A DNA stretch of 63,564 nucleotides, counting the filler, from Reclinomonas americana ATCC 50394 (Eukaryota): NCBI GenBank assembly GCA_048213135.1. It is 9 parts of 9 records of this genome, joined end to end, with 100 filler letters (N's around TTAATTAATTAA, not from the genome) between each part and the next. Parts side by side here need not be neighbours in the genome. Positions count along the whole stretch, not along the records: positions 15,734 to 35,391 come from AFZH01016775.1; positions 35,492 to 52,932 come from PS016116.1; 7 more parts are not named here. One strand, 5' to 3'. The notes below the pieces were generated by a model that searched no databases, had not been told where the DNA came from, and was given only the letters and a program-made list of their open reading frames with translations. Both the position numbers and the translations under genes were made by a program. Of the stretch, positions 29,001 through 42,300 are shown piece by piece. Each line of letters opens with the position of its first letter. The first letter of the stretch is position 1.

Positions 29001-32000
29001 TCTGTGGACAGATCTGCACGTGAGGACAAACGCACGTACAACACATCCGTGTGACAACGTACCGCCAGCGGCGGCAGCATGCCGCGCCTCTACGTCGGCA
29101 CCAATCTCCTCGATAGAAGCGGCGGCACCACTCGGTCTGCGTAGCGCGATCAGACGAGAGCATGTGTCACACACAGCACACACTCTGTGTGCACAAACCC
29201 TTCGTTTTGCGCAGGCGGTCCAACCTGCGCCAACTCGCGTTGTTGCATCTCTGCAAACTCCTCCGGGACCGACTTGATCAGATTTCTCGGACCGTGCGAC
29301 ATCTGGGCGCACACAGACACACAGAGCAAAGCATGAGGACACGCAAGCAATCCACACGCCGCCGACACACACAAGAGGCTGACCATGATGCTGCACCACC
29401 ACGGCTCGAGGAACGGCTCCCATGCTGCGACACGTGCGTTGAAGTAGTAGCCCTCGATCTTGAACTCACCGGCACCATAGAACTGCACACAATGGATCAG
29501 TCAAACTCTCACTGCGCAGCACCAACAAAACACACGGCCGCAAAAAATGCAACTGTTCCCATCACTGGCGTCGGCGTGCCGAGTTCTTCGTGAGGGCTAC
29601 GCGCCGCCAAACTGATGTTGTGAATCTGGAAGTCGAGGAGCGGCAGATCGCATCCTTGCGAGTTGTCCATCATGCTGAAGCGGAACAGCGGGCAGTGGAA
29701 TCGCGCGTCCAGCGACTTGATCTACAACACAGAACGCAAACAACTGGTGAGCTCGTCGTTACGCACACCCACTTGTCATGCACGACAACATCACCATTTG
29801 CAAGGCAGAGCCAGAAGCCGCCTGTCCAGCCGCCGGCACAATTGACGTCTGAACCGTGGCTGACGATGTCGCCTCGGCGCCCCGGTCGCCAGTGAACGAC
29901 GCCGGCAACGCAGTACCGGGTCCTGGTGGCACGGTTGCCGGGTCGGCGGTGTCCTGATCAAACACCGGCTGCCCGCCCACAGTAACGGATGGCGTGACAA
30001 CCGAGAGGGAGAGGTCGGTCCAGGCCTGCAGCGACGGATCGATAGAGGCCGCCACCGCAGCCGCGGCCGCCTCTTGCACCTTGGGCTGTGCCGAGAGCAG
30101 CTCTCCAAGTGCCTGCATGCGCGTTTGCGTGTCGCCGAGTACAAACACCACCAGCTCCACGTCTCCGTAGGCTGTTCGGAATGTGGTTGCATCGAGCTGG
30201 ATGCCAGCCACCACTGCAAAACGTGGTGTTTGCGCGCCTCCTGGCGCCGCAGCGGACGCAGAGGGGCCGCTGCTCCCTGTCGCGGTGGACGAAGCAGTTG
30301 GCGTGCGCGAGGCCGTCGCTGACGATGCCGCCGCGGATGCACCCAGTGTGCTCGTGGTGCTGGTTGTCGTGCTGCTGACCGTGCCAGTGACCGAGGGCGC
30401 GTCGTCGTTCGGCACCTCCTCCGCGGTGATTGAGGCGCGGAAAGAGATCGGCTCCAGGATCTTGGAGATTTGGTCCACTGGCAGCTGTGCACATCAACGA
30501 AACGATGAGACTCAGTCATAAAAGAACCCCATGGAGTGCAGTGCATAGACACACCTGCGAGTTCGCGTCGGTCACATACGCCGTCAGGTCCACCAGGTTG
30601 GCAAACACGTCGTAGCGTGCGGGATTGTTCTCAATCGTCAACCGCAGCTTGGCGTCCAACGTCAGCACCAACACGGGCGAGTTCGCCTGCATTGAGTTGC
30701 GGTAGAGACGAATCACCGGCTTGACCAAGTTCAACTTGAAGATCATGTTCCTGCATGTGCACGCACCACGTCAGTATACTCTCGAACAAACCAATGAAAG
30801 CTGGTACACGCGAGGCCACGTAACTTGGCGGCCTTGGCCGCGGCAGCCTTCTTGGCCTTCTCCTCTTCGGTCGTCGATTCAATGGCTGGCGCCTGCGAGA
30901 GTGCGACACTGCCTCGGGCAATGTACTTTTCCTCCAGTCGAGCACGACGTGCCGCCATGTGAGCCTCGCGTCGCTTCTTCTCCTTGTCGAGGAACTCTTG
31001 TCGCTGGTGGCGTGCCGTTTGGAACAAATGCACGCGGTCCATCAGACTCAATCCTGCACACACGCACACAGTACACGTCAATCGATAGTGGCAATGATTT
31101 CGGCTCAGCGGGGAGAGCAAACCAGGAATCGGCACTTGCTCGTGAACCACATCGTTGGTGACGAGAGCAGTCGCCTGTGCACGGCCACCGCACAGACACA
31201 GGGTGGCAAACGTGCATGTGTCGGCGTACCGCAGTCGCACGTTGCTGAACACGAGTACCTGCATCACCACGCATGCATGAGGGTGGCGACATGGAAAAGA
31301 AACAAGAAAGGTGAATCACCTTGCCGTCGGGCACAAACACGAGTGGCACAGACGGGTTGGTCACGCCAAACACCATGGTCAGGCCGTTGCCGTTCACAGA
31401 CACGCGGCTCACTTGCGCGAGCGGATCGACAAACAAGCGGCGAGACGGACCCAAGAAGATGTCCTGTCATCATTTTTTTCAAGAGCAGTGAGCTGCTGCG
31501 CGGTGGACATGCGTGGAGACCTTCACGCACCTCGGTCATGTCCAAGTCGCCACTCAGTGTAATGTCACCCGGAACAAGTGCCAGGGACATCGAGGTGCGT
31601 GACCCGGCGGCCGGAGCACTGGCACTCGGGCCAGCCGCAGCGGAGACAGCGGCCGGTGGAGCGGCCGGTCGCAGACCCAACTCCTGCAGGCCGCGTTCCA
31701 GAATCTCGTTTGTGTGACTTGTTGGCACAATCTCCGCAGAATCAGGAGCCATGCCCTCGATGGCGAATCGCTGCGCACCAATTTAAGCATGCGTGCTACA
31801 TGCAAAGAGGACACATGCATACTTACCGCCACTTCGATAATGAACTCTGGCACCAGGTTGACCTCGAGACGACGGAAGAAGCCCTCGACTCCCATGCAGC
31901 CGACATCGTCAAAGTGAACCGCCACCTCAAGCATGGGTTTCATCTGCAGGTACACACGCCATGTGAGTGACATGAATGTGACCCTCGACGCCCCAACCAT

Positions 32001-35000
32001 GCCGCACCTGCCCATCCGACGACACGCGACCCGTGTACTCGATGAGATTCGGGAAGCAGTTGCACGGTCGTCCGTCCTCGAGAGGGAGACGTGTGTCGCG
32101 CAGTGACACCGACTGCATCGATGCGGTGATGCACTGCGCACTGTTGGCCCACTGGATGACCGAGGCACGAATCTCGTGCAGCGCAAACTCGGCAATCGGC
32201 GCCGATCCATCTGACCACACACTGTCAGTGACGATTGCAGAATCTGTCGTCTCTCCCTCCACAACAAACCTGCATGACGTGCCAACGACAACGACACCGC
32301 CTCGAGTGTAACGACCACGGCCATGGTCTTGCGGCTGGTGAACTTGTTCGGATCTGTGTGGCGACAAGACAGTGAGTCTTCTGGCACGCAAGCATCCAAC
32401 AGCACGCGACAAGCGCGTCGCAACTCTGTTTCGCGATCATGGCGCGTTCAGCCGCCAAACCGGCGAATGCGAAATCGTCGACTTCCTGTGGCTCGTCCTC
32501 TGCCACATCGGGCATGTACAGCTGCTCCTCGCACGATGCATACGAGGCGTCATCGGCGGTCGCGTCGTCATTCTCCACCTCTGCAGCACACGCACGCTTC
32601 AGCCATAGAAAGGACACAAGACGCACAGATGTCGGGCTTGTGCGAACCAACGTGCTCGTACGCCGCCAGTTCCGCATCCAGCTCGGCCTCAGTCTCCAGC
32701 GCGGCCACACTCGTTTGCCTGGCGACCAACGAGCAACATCAGTCGACTCGCAACACGATGTAGGAACTGCTCGCGACACGTACCAATCGCTGAACGGCGA
32801 CTCTTCGTCGCCGACCACCTCGATGACCACCGACGCATTGAAGTTGTAGCCGGCGGCAATCACGTTCTCGTCCAGGATCCTCAGCAGCAGTCGGTACTGC
32901 GTGTCCGTGATGCTGGCCCGCAACGCACCAATGTTGACAATAATGTCCTTCAGCGGAATCTCCGACTCCAGCGAGCCGACTGGAACCACCGTGCGAGTGG
33001 TGTCATCGGCCTCGGTCGGAATGAGACTGCATGCGCGTAATCAACGACTGACACAGTGCAGGCACTCGAACAACGCAGATGCCACCCACCTCTTCATCAG
33101 GACCTCGAGCGACAGCTCCTCCAGCAGCGGCTGCGCCCTGTCGTCCGCAGTGAATGATACAAGCGACACGTTTTGCAGCTTGACATTGAGGATGTCGGTC
33201 CATCGCGTCTCCTAATCGGACCCACAAGCACAATGAGACAGTCTGTGGGCGATGATGCAGAAACACGCACCCGAGTGCACGCAACAGTGGGAGTAGAATC
33301 GCGCGGAATGACAGCGATGGAGTTAGTGATGAGCAGAGTACCGAGGCTGGCCTCCACACGCTCTTGGCTGTGTGAGTTGCGCGGGATAATCACCACAGGC
33401 GAACTCAGCTTGATGTCCAAATGCGTCAGCTCGGTCGAACCCCTGCAGCGGCGACACTGTCACACACCCACACACACGCATATTCAAGATAGTGTGTGAC
33501 ACGCCAAGCAGCCACGCACTTGGAACGCTCTGAAGCCTCCTGATATGCCTTTTGCGCAGCGACCGCCGAGTCTTGGGCGGCTTTGGCCAGCGCCGACTGA
33601 ATGGGCTTGATACCGGCCAGCACCATCTGCAGGATGTGCGAGACGACGTTCCACAGCAGAATGATCTTCATACTGGACATGCGGGCGCGCACATGCGTCG
33701 TGTATCGCGGCTCGCCTACCGCCACCACTTCGCCCTTTGGCGCCGCCCTGCAGATGGAGAAGACAACGTGAGTGGAAAAGACTCGTTTTCCAAGATCTGT
33801 TCTCACACAGCACGCAACGACTTCTCAAACATGAATGTGACGAGTGCCGAGCGAGTGGGATCGGCAATACCCACCAGTTCGCGGTAGTGTCCACCAATGT
33901 CACCATACACAGTGAATTGCATGTTGCCAAGAGAGCCACTGCGCGCGACATTGCCGAACGAGTCAGTCATCAACAACGACAAAAGACAGTGATAAGCAGC
34001 ACGCACTGGGCCTTGACGGCGTCGCCGTGCAGCTCCACCTCGGCCTCCATACGCGAGAGGCGAGTGACGGCGAACTCGGTGACAAAGTTGTCGATAAAGG
34101 CGAACTCGAAGGCACCCAGCCGGACGCGCACACTCAGCAGTGACGGCGGCGTCTCGGCCACCTTCTCCACAATGGCACGAGTGCGCGCCACTGCCGACGG
34201 TGTCGGCGACATGGTCTTGGCCACTGGAGATGCATGTGAGTGCGCGAAAACAAACTAGCACACGTGTTTACGCTTCAACGTGGTGCCTCACCGCGCACGA
34301 CACGGACCGCCTGGTTGTTGGCGTCGTGTAGCATCTGCTGCACACTGCGAATGATGGGCGCCAGCGTCTCCGGGTGGAAGCGCAGGGCCAGCGACGGCAT
34401 CTCCGCGACCACATCCATGGACGGCAACTGCGCGCGTGCGGCAGCGGTTCAATCACAGCGCAGTCGGAAAACAAACGATGCGAACAGCCACACAAACCTC
34501 ATCCGGTGCAGTCGGCGATGTCATGGTGATCTCAATCATCACGGCTGCCGTGTCCTCGTCGGGTGGCAAGCACGACATCGTGAACGGGTGGTTGACTAAT
34601 GTGCGCAATGCAGTACGATTAATGAGCGAAAAAGTAGCAGCAGCGACACGAGAGACACAGCAATAACAAAACGATGCGGATCTGGGCAGCGTGCGCGGTG
34701 CAACAAATCCTCCAAGTACATCGCTCCCATGCGGAAGTCAAAGACCTGACGGGAACGACGCATGACGGCCGAGGCCACAATGCGACGGATGCCGAACTGC
34801 AGGAGCGGTTCCAGATTGACACGACGCCGAGCTAATATCGCACGCAGCGAGTCAGCATTCCCATCGACGCAGACAATAAAGAGGGGGAGGATCGCACCTT
34901 CGATCGTGCGCGAGAAGCGAATGGAGACGAGCGGCAAATAAAAGTTGGCGTCGAACAGAATCTGCTCCAGGTTGACGACCGCGCGTGCCATGGAAGGCGA

Positions 35001-38000
35001 GCCGACGGCCGACACCAGAGCCGACGATGACCCGCTCGACGCGGCAACCGCGCGATCCACTCGAGCCGCAGCCTCGCGACTGCGCGCACACAATAGCACG
35101 CATATATCGTGTTAGCACACCAATTGCCAGCCACACACACAGCATCACTTTGGGGGGACACGCAACTCCACGCCACCGACATTCGGGTTGAGATCGATCG
35201 GTGCCGACGGGCCCATGAGATCGATGAAGCGCGGGCACGCGGCACGCAGTCGCACGACCCACTGCCAGCGCTCTTGTTGCGACGGCGCAATAAACGTACG
35301 CACCGAAGTCTCACGCCGCTTGTTGGCCTCGGTAGCGTTGGTGACTTTTGGTGTGCGAATCATAAACTTGGTGGACAGTGGTTCGTCCACCNNNNNNNNN
35401 NNNNNNNNNNNNNNNNNNNNNNNNNNNNNNNNNNNTTAATTAATTAANNNNNNNNNNNNNNNNNNNNNNNNNNNNNNNNNNNNNNNNNNNNAAAAACAAA
35501 GATGGCCAACTCGCTCAACTCCTTCACGCGGCGACGTGTCGAACGAGAACGCCAGCAGTGGCGGAATCGCAGCATCGAGACTACTGGGCGTTGACATCAA
35601 CAACGGGCGATCAACGATGCGTTCAAACGCCGACCCACGACCGGTGCAGTCGGTCACATGGAACGATGTCAGGTGTCCGACCACCTGTTGTGCTCGGTGA
35701 GTAAAGAGAAGGAGGATATGACACGCACACACACCATGTTGCACAACGCAACTCGCATGCGATTGGGGAACATGACCACTTCAGCAGATTGATCGTCGAA
35801 ACGCATTCGCATCAACTCGCGGTTGCGATTGTGTGCCAGGATGATCTCGCCGCGCACAAGTGAGGCACTGAAGCGCATCTTTGGCGTCTGTGCATCGTGA
35901 GAGACAGACGTGAGAACCGCAACAGAATGCCAACTGGCACACTCAGAGGCGAACGCAACAGTAGCTGGCCAGTCCTCCGTGGCCACAGCACTCTCGGCCA
36001 CCACTTGCTCCATCAGCGCATCACGCTCCGCCTTGGTGAGCTCCAGATCCCACGACGGCTCCTCGGCACTCGTGCCTTCATTCTGCGGCTGTGCACATTT
36101 CTTTGTCAGTCAACCACGCACACACACAACACCTTTCTGGCGGTGGGACGGTAGAACCTTCTTGCGCGCGCCAAACAGGCGACGGAAGAAGCCAGGGTTG
36201 GCCTCGGCCTCACGACGCTTGCGCTCGGCTTCCCATGCCTTGTGACGACGGCCTTCGACTTCGATCTCGCGCTTGGCGATGGAGCGGAAAAGGATGAGCA
36301 CCGACACGTCAAAGTGCTTCTCGATCTCGGCAAACTCGGCCTCATCGCGGGCGTCCATGGGCGGCAGCTAATGCACACGGCAATCGTGTGAGTCTCTCGT
36401 CTTCACCCCACCTCGTCTGTCAAGAAAGAAACGCACCCACGGACATCGTTCGCGCTGCTTGTACAGCAAGACGTAGCGACGACGATTGTGGCACGCTTCC
36501 AGCACGTGGCTCATGTTGAACTTGGAGCGACGCTCGGCAATAATGCCGCGCAGCATCACAAACAAGTAATCCCACCACTCACGCGCATTAGCGGCAGTGA
36601 CACGACCGGCAGGACGGAAGCGGCGGAACTGTAGGCGACGAGATGAGAAAAATGACTCGCGGTTTCGGTGCGTTGGCGCGCACCGCCCAACGCACCTTTT
36701 CCAGCCGCTCAAAGTTCGAAAAATAGTTCAACAGCATCAGCACGCTGCGGTACTGTCGGTTCTGCAGGCAGACAACAATCTCGCGGAACACCAACTCTGC
36801 GTCAATCGCCGGTCGTGTGTGGTCCTTGGTCGCCGACACTTGCATGGTGAGCTGCGGCGGTATACTGCGATTTAGAAGACGCGGCGGTCTGAGGAAGACA
36901 TGGACGCCATGGAACCAAACAAACCCGCAGATCGGCAGTGGTCGGTCGCAGAATGTAGTCGTGATCGACCTCGAACCGTGACTTGGGAATCTGGCAATCA
37001 CACACGTAAGCGNNNNNNNNNNNNNNNNNNNNNNNNNNNNNNNNNNNNNNNNNNNNNNNNNNNNNNNNNNNNNNNNNNNNNNNNNNNNNNNNNNNNNNNN
37101 NNNNNNNNNNNNNNNNNNNNNNNNNNNNNNNNNNNNNNNNNNNNNNNNNNNNNNNNNNNNNNNNNNNNNNNNNNNNNNNNNNNNNNNNNNNNNNNNNNNN
37201 NNNNNNNNNNNNNNNNNNNNNNNNNNNNNNNNNNNNNNNNNNNNNNNNNNNNNNNNNNNNNNNNNNNNNNNNNNNNNNNNNNNNNNNNNNNNNNNNNNNN
37301 NNNNNNNNNNNNNNNNNNNNNNNNNNNNNNNNNNNNNNNNNNNNNNNNNNNNNNNNNNNNNNNNNNNNNNNNNNNNNNNNNNNNNNNNNNNNNNNNNNNN
37401 NNNNNNNNNNNNNNNNNNNNNNNNNNNNNNNNNNNNNNNNNNNNNNNNNNNNNNNNNNNNNNNNNNNNNNNNNNNNNNNNNNNNNNNNNNNNNNNNNNNN
37501 NNNNNNNNNNNNNNNNNNNNNNNNNNNNNNNNNNNNNNNNNNNNNNNNNNNNNNNNNNNNNNNNNNNNNNNNNNNNNNNNNNNNNNNNNNNNNNNNNNNN
37601 NNNNNNNNNNNNNNNNNNNNNNNNNNNNNNNNNNNNNNNNNNNNNNNNNNNNNNNNNNNNNNNNNNNNNNNNNNNNNNNNNNNNNNNNNNNNNNNNNNNN
37701 NNNNNNNNNNNNNNNNNNNNNNNNNNNNNNNNNNNNNNNNNNNNNNNNNNNNNNNNNNNNNNNNNNNNNNNNNNNNNNNNNNNNNNNNNNNNNNNNNNNN
37801 NNNNNNNNNNNNNNNNNNNNNNNNNNNNNNNNNNNNNNNNNNNNNNNNNNNNNNNNNNNNNNNNNNNNNNNNNNNNNNNNNNNNNNNNNNNNNNNNNNNN
37901 NNNNNNNNNNNNNNNNNNNNNNNNNNNNNNNNNNNNNNNNNNNACGCAGAGAAGAGCACATGCACACCATGCACACAAGAGCAAGAGAGAGACAGGCACT

Positions 38001-38100
38001 GACCTCCAAGCACACTAATGTTGAGATCCTTCTTTGCCAAGTTCTCAATGTAGTCGGCCAGCACGCTCGAGATGAGCGCTGCAATCTTCTTCTCAAACAT
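23052..38100 (-). CDS. VPS13: VPS13 family bridge-like lipid transfer protein (about 50 introns, two gaps)
   Basis: Chorein N-terminus MFEKKIAALISSVLADYIENLAKKDLNISVLG, then AREWWDY, LSSPVVIIP, YFNARVAAWEPFLEPW, VAB-type YEILNETD and PYCWDIP, and the C-terminal GSIDILGNPVGLVTNLGTGVRDFFVEP and GFFKGVGKGLVG...KPVTGAVD. Confidence 0.97.
37013..37943. other. Sized assembly gap within VPS13 (a second sized gap at 60642-61606 lies within eIF3m)
   Basis: N run without spacer. Confidence 0.98.
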
Positions 38101-38229
38101 GGCGCCGACGCTCGTGCACACTCAGCACACACGAGAGAGTGCGTGTGTAAGAGAGACGCACGCGCGTTCACAGTCACAGTGAGTGTGCGTGGACAGTGTG
38201 TCGCGCGAGTCTTTGTTGTCTCTCCTGCA

Positions 38230-39292
38230 ATGTCGTCCGCGCCAACCTCTGCGGCCGCTCCTCCCTCGTCGTCTGCGCAGTCGGCGAGTGCCGCTGGTGC
38301 CGCCTCTTCCTCCTCCTCTTCCTCGTCGTCCTCCACCGCAGCAGCCGCAGCAGCAGCAGCAGCAGCAGCAGCAGCGGGTTCAGGCAGTGTTGCAGGCGTG
38401 TCATCCTCCTCCTCGTCGTCCCTGTCTGCGCTCGGTGCCTCGTCGCCACTGCCACTGGAGTATGAGATGTTTGGTGTGGTGCATCGAGAGGATGTGGAGA
38501 CGCTGTGCCGCCTGTTGCGCTGCGTCACGGGGTGTGTCGACAGCAGCAAGTTCCGCTTGCATGAGTGCTTGTATCGCATGGCTGATGGTGCGCTGCTCTC
38601 TCATTCTCCCTCTGTCTCTGGGGTTGGGCTCATTGTTGGGTTGCTGCAGCCGATGATACGTCTGTGGTGCGAGTGTATCGCAATGTGCTGGAGGACACGC
38701 AGCACTCGCAGCGACAGCAGCTGCAGCCGCAGCCGCAGTCGGCAGCCGATCCGACGGCGAAGGGTGTGGGCGAGTGGGCTGTGTGCTGCTACGAGCCGCA
38801 GGTGATGGAGTACATGTATTCGTCGAACACGCCGCATGCGACGGTGCGACGAGTGGCGAAGAGCTACGCTTCTGGGACTCTCCAGCAGCATCTGCTGTTG
38901 ATGCGGTACAAGTTGCAGCACGAGTATGTCAAGGAGGGATCGGTGTTTACGTCGGCCGAGGGCACGCACATTGCCGTGTACCGCGTCATGCAGGTGCGTA
39001 TGCAGCATGCATTTCCGCCTCTTTCATGCATGGCTCACACGGCAAGCAGGTGGTGAACAGGGGGAAGCTCGACGAGCTGCAACCGGCCAGTGAGGATCAC
39101 TTTGTCGTGCACTTGTCACAGACCTTCCCCGACGACCACTCGCTGGCCAGTGCGCAGCCGGCCATGGCACAACTCGTCGACTCATTGAAACCGTTGCGTG
39201 TTGCCGGAGTTGTGTTATTTCCCCCGCCTCCTGCTGACAATGTGCGCCCGTGCAGCATCGTGCAACTAGAAGGCGAACGGCTGTACTCGTGA
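38230..39292 (+). CDS. MED18: Mediator complex subunit 18
   Basis: EYEMFGVV...LCRLLRCVTG, YKLQHEYVKEGSVF, HFVVHLS and QLVDSLKPIVQLE follow the Med18/Srb5 motif order. Three introns and a Ser/Ala-rich N-terminal tail. Confidence 0.8.
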
Positions 39293-39360
39293 GGCCTCTA
39301 ATATAAACAGCGATTTTCATTTCGGATTAGGATTAGATTGTTGCAGTTGTTGTTGTGTTG

Positions 39361-42300
39361 TTATACGGGGCCCAAGCGGTCCTCCAGTGCATGAATGATC
39401 TTCATGTACTGGACGTCGCGATTGCTCAGGCCGTTGCGCAGCACTTGCGGAACTGTGTTACACAGTTCTTCGAACGCGGCCTTGGTTTCGTTCTGTTGTC
39501 GCACCCACACGCGTTTCAGGCGGTAGCGATCGAGATCGAGACGCGAGATCTCGTCCTCGGGTTGATTCTGTGACACCCTCCCCAACGTAAGCAACTGTGC
39601 GTGCAAATCTCGATCGGCAAACAACACACACACCTTTCGTCGCCGCTGCTCTTCTCGGTACACGTGCGTGACGTGGAAGATGCAGTAGCAGGTGGCGAGA
39701 CGAATCCACTCGGAGCCAAAACGCTCTTCTGGACCCGTGGTGTCGACGCCGTCCACCAGCACCTTGTACGTTTCCAGCCACTCGGACTGGTTGAACGGAT
39801 TCGCCACCCAGTCCTCCTCCTCAAAGTAGAACGGATCCACCGAGCGAGCGAGACGACGACACAAGCCGCGCGCCAGACGCCGCCGAAGCATGATCCAGGG
39901 CATTTGGTGATTCTCGTGGGCCACCAACTGGTTCAGTTGCGTGCGCAGCAACTCATTGGCCTCGAAGACAAAGCCCTCGCGGATCAGCGCGTCGCTCATG
40001 GATAGTGTCACCCACGCGCCGAGCTGTGTTCCGACCATTCACGTCGTGAGACAGCAACACTTACTGAAACCAATAGAAGCGCACACGTCGTCTCACGCAC
40101 CTCGTGCGTCATGAGTGGTGCCACGTCTTCGCGCATCAGACGCAGTGCATCCTGCGGCGATGTGGTGGGCGCGAGCTCTTCGTATTTGGAGCCCACATAC
40201 GCTGGCTTCCAGGCTGTGCACGGTTCGACTTTTCAGAACACCGCACGTTTCTGGCTGAAGAATGACAGGGAGAGAAACGCAACAGGTTCGATGCCTAAAG
40301 TACTCGCCCAGATGCACCCAGTACAACGAGTACTTGCGCCAGTACTGTTACACACGAGTCAATACACATGCGACGACGGAAGCCCTCAACACTCATGCTG
40401 TGCACGCACCACCAAGTCGTAGCGCATGGCAAACTCGTAGCCAGTTACCGACAGTGTGTGCAGTCGATCCCAGTCGGCCAAGAACACCAGCACGTACGCT
40501 GCATGACCATAGAAGAAAGCCTTGGACTCCACGTGGTCGATTTCGTTCACGAGTTTTTCGCTGCAGTGAGTGACGAAGTGAGCGAGTGCGTCAATCCTTC
40601 GCCGAAAACCGCAGAGGCAAACCATTGGTCGAGGCACCGCTCGGCGCCCTTGTAGTTGCCCATGTGCGCATAGTTCTTGCCCATCATGACGTATGCGCAA
40701 ATCATGGGATCCGTCGCACGCGAGTACGTGTAAACCAAGTGACCGTGCTTCGAGAAGTCGTACAGCTCCTCCAGTCGCGAAAACGGAGGAATCGTGCGTA
40801 GGGGGTCGCCGATACGCGACATGAACAGGACGGCCTGCATTGTGTGTGTGTCGTGAGCACAAATCGAGCACAAGCCTTGGAGAACGAGAATGCTGCACTT
40901 ACCGTGCGATAGTAGTCAATGAGGCGGCGCTCATCCTTGATCTTGTCGACGATGGCTGTCAGTTTCTTCCACGCGTCCTCGGCGCTCTCCATGCGGCCAT
41001 CGGCAGCCGGCTGCGACGTCTCCACCAACCACAGCGTTGACAGTGCGTCGTACTTGAACTCGTACAGCATGTTGCCGCCGACCTGTGCGAGAATGTGAGA
41101 GTCATGCGCGCGTCGTGTCACACAGTAGAGACTCACCTCCGGGCACGTTTCCAGAATCTGCAGGGCCAGCACGAGCGCGGCCTTGGCGTCGGCCAAATTG
41201 CCGTTGACGAGCAGTGTGCACTGTGACATGAGGCACAGCAAGTGGAACTTGGCAGCCTGCAGTCCGGCATGCTCCGCTGTGAACTTGACAGTGAGATGCA
41301 GCGACGAACAAGAGCGAAAACACATAGTGCGTTGGCCGCTGTCGACGCACGTTGGGAGCCGACCCACAGCTCGAGCATCGAAACCGCCTTGGTCAGCACG
41401 GCCATGGCAGTGCGATGCTTTGAGATGCTGGTCAAGGCACACGCGTGCTGGAACATGCACTGCAGCACGAAGAACAGAGTGTCGAACATGTCGGGCTCTA
41501 CAAGTGCGACGCACGCCGAGTCAGTGTTCTCAGTCGACCAGCCAAAGTGGAAGAGGAGTGTGTGCGCGCAACTGCTTGCCAGAAGTGGCTCGCCAGAGCG
41601 ATCGTTTTCGCCCATGGTCAGACCGAGCTGTCCGTGCATGGCCAGAATGGACAAAAGTGTGTGCTGATCCTCGCGATGTCGCTCGAGCCACATGTCGACA
41701 TCGGTCTGTCCACGAAGTTAAACAACAGCGCGACGACACCCGAGAGGAAGAGATGGAGTGTCCACACACCGGCAACTCGGCAGCGAACAGCTCCAGAATG
41801 CATCGATGAATGTTGGCGCGATGCGACGGCAGCGTCTGGTGATACAGCGAGAATGCAGTTGTGCTTTGTTTGAACTCGAACGTCGGCACCACCTGCGTTG
41901 TTGTTTTTGATCCCGCATGTGAGATTTCTGTCCACTAACGAGAGGCGTGTCACACGTACCTTGATCTTCTCCATCGAGGTCTGTCGCACAGGCGCCTTGT
42001 TGCCGAGTTTGCTCGTCACCGATCGCAGCACATCGGCGCCGCTCGGTTTGCTTCCCGGTGGGTCTCGACGATCGACCGTGTTGGACTGATACTTGATCTC
42101 TCGACGCGAGATCAGAATCTTGCTGTTGACGGCGTTGTTGAGTGCCGTGAGCACGTCCTGCTCGGTAATGTCGGCGCGCGCCGAGTCGCTCCTTGTGATG
42201 ATCTCCTTGATGGTGGCCGCGCGGAATGCATGCTCCAGGCCAATAACACAGGCCACACGAAGCACCTGCTGATCAGATGCCGACAGCTCGTCGAACTGCT

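Noticed and set aside
40214..40310. GC-AG intron candidates (G|GCGAGT here and near 6102)
   Set aside because: GT donors nearby give in-frame products and typical intron lengths. GC use is possible but unsupported.
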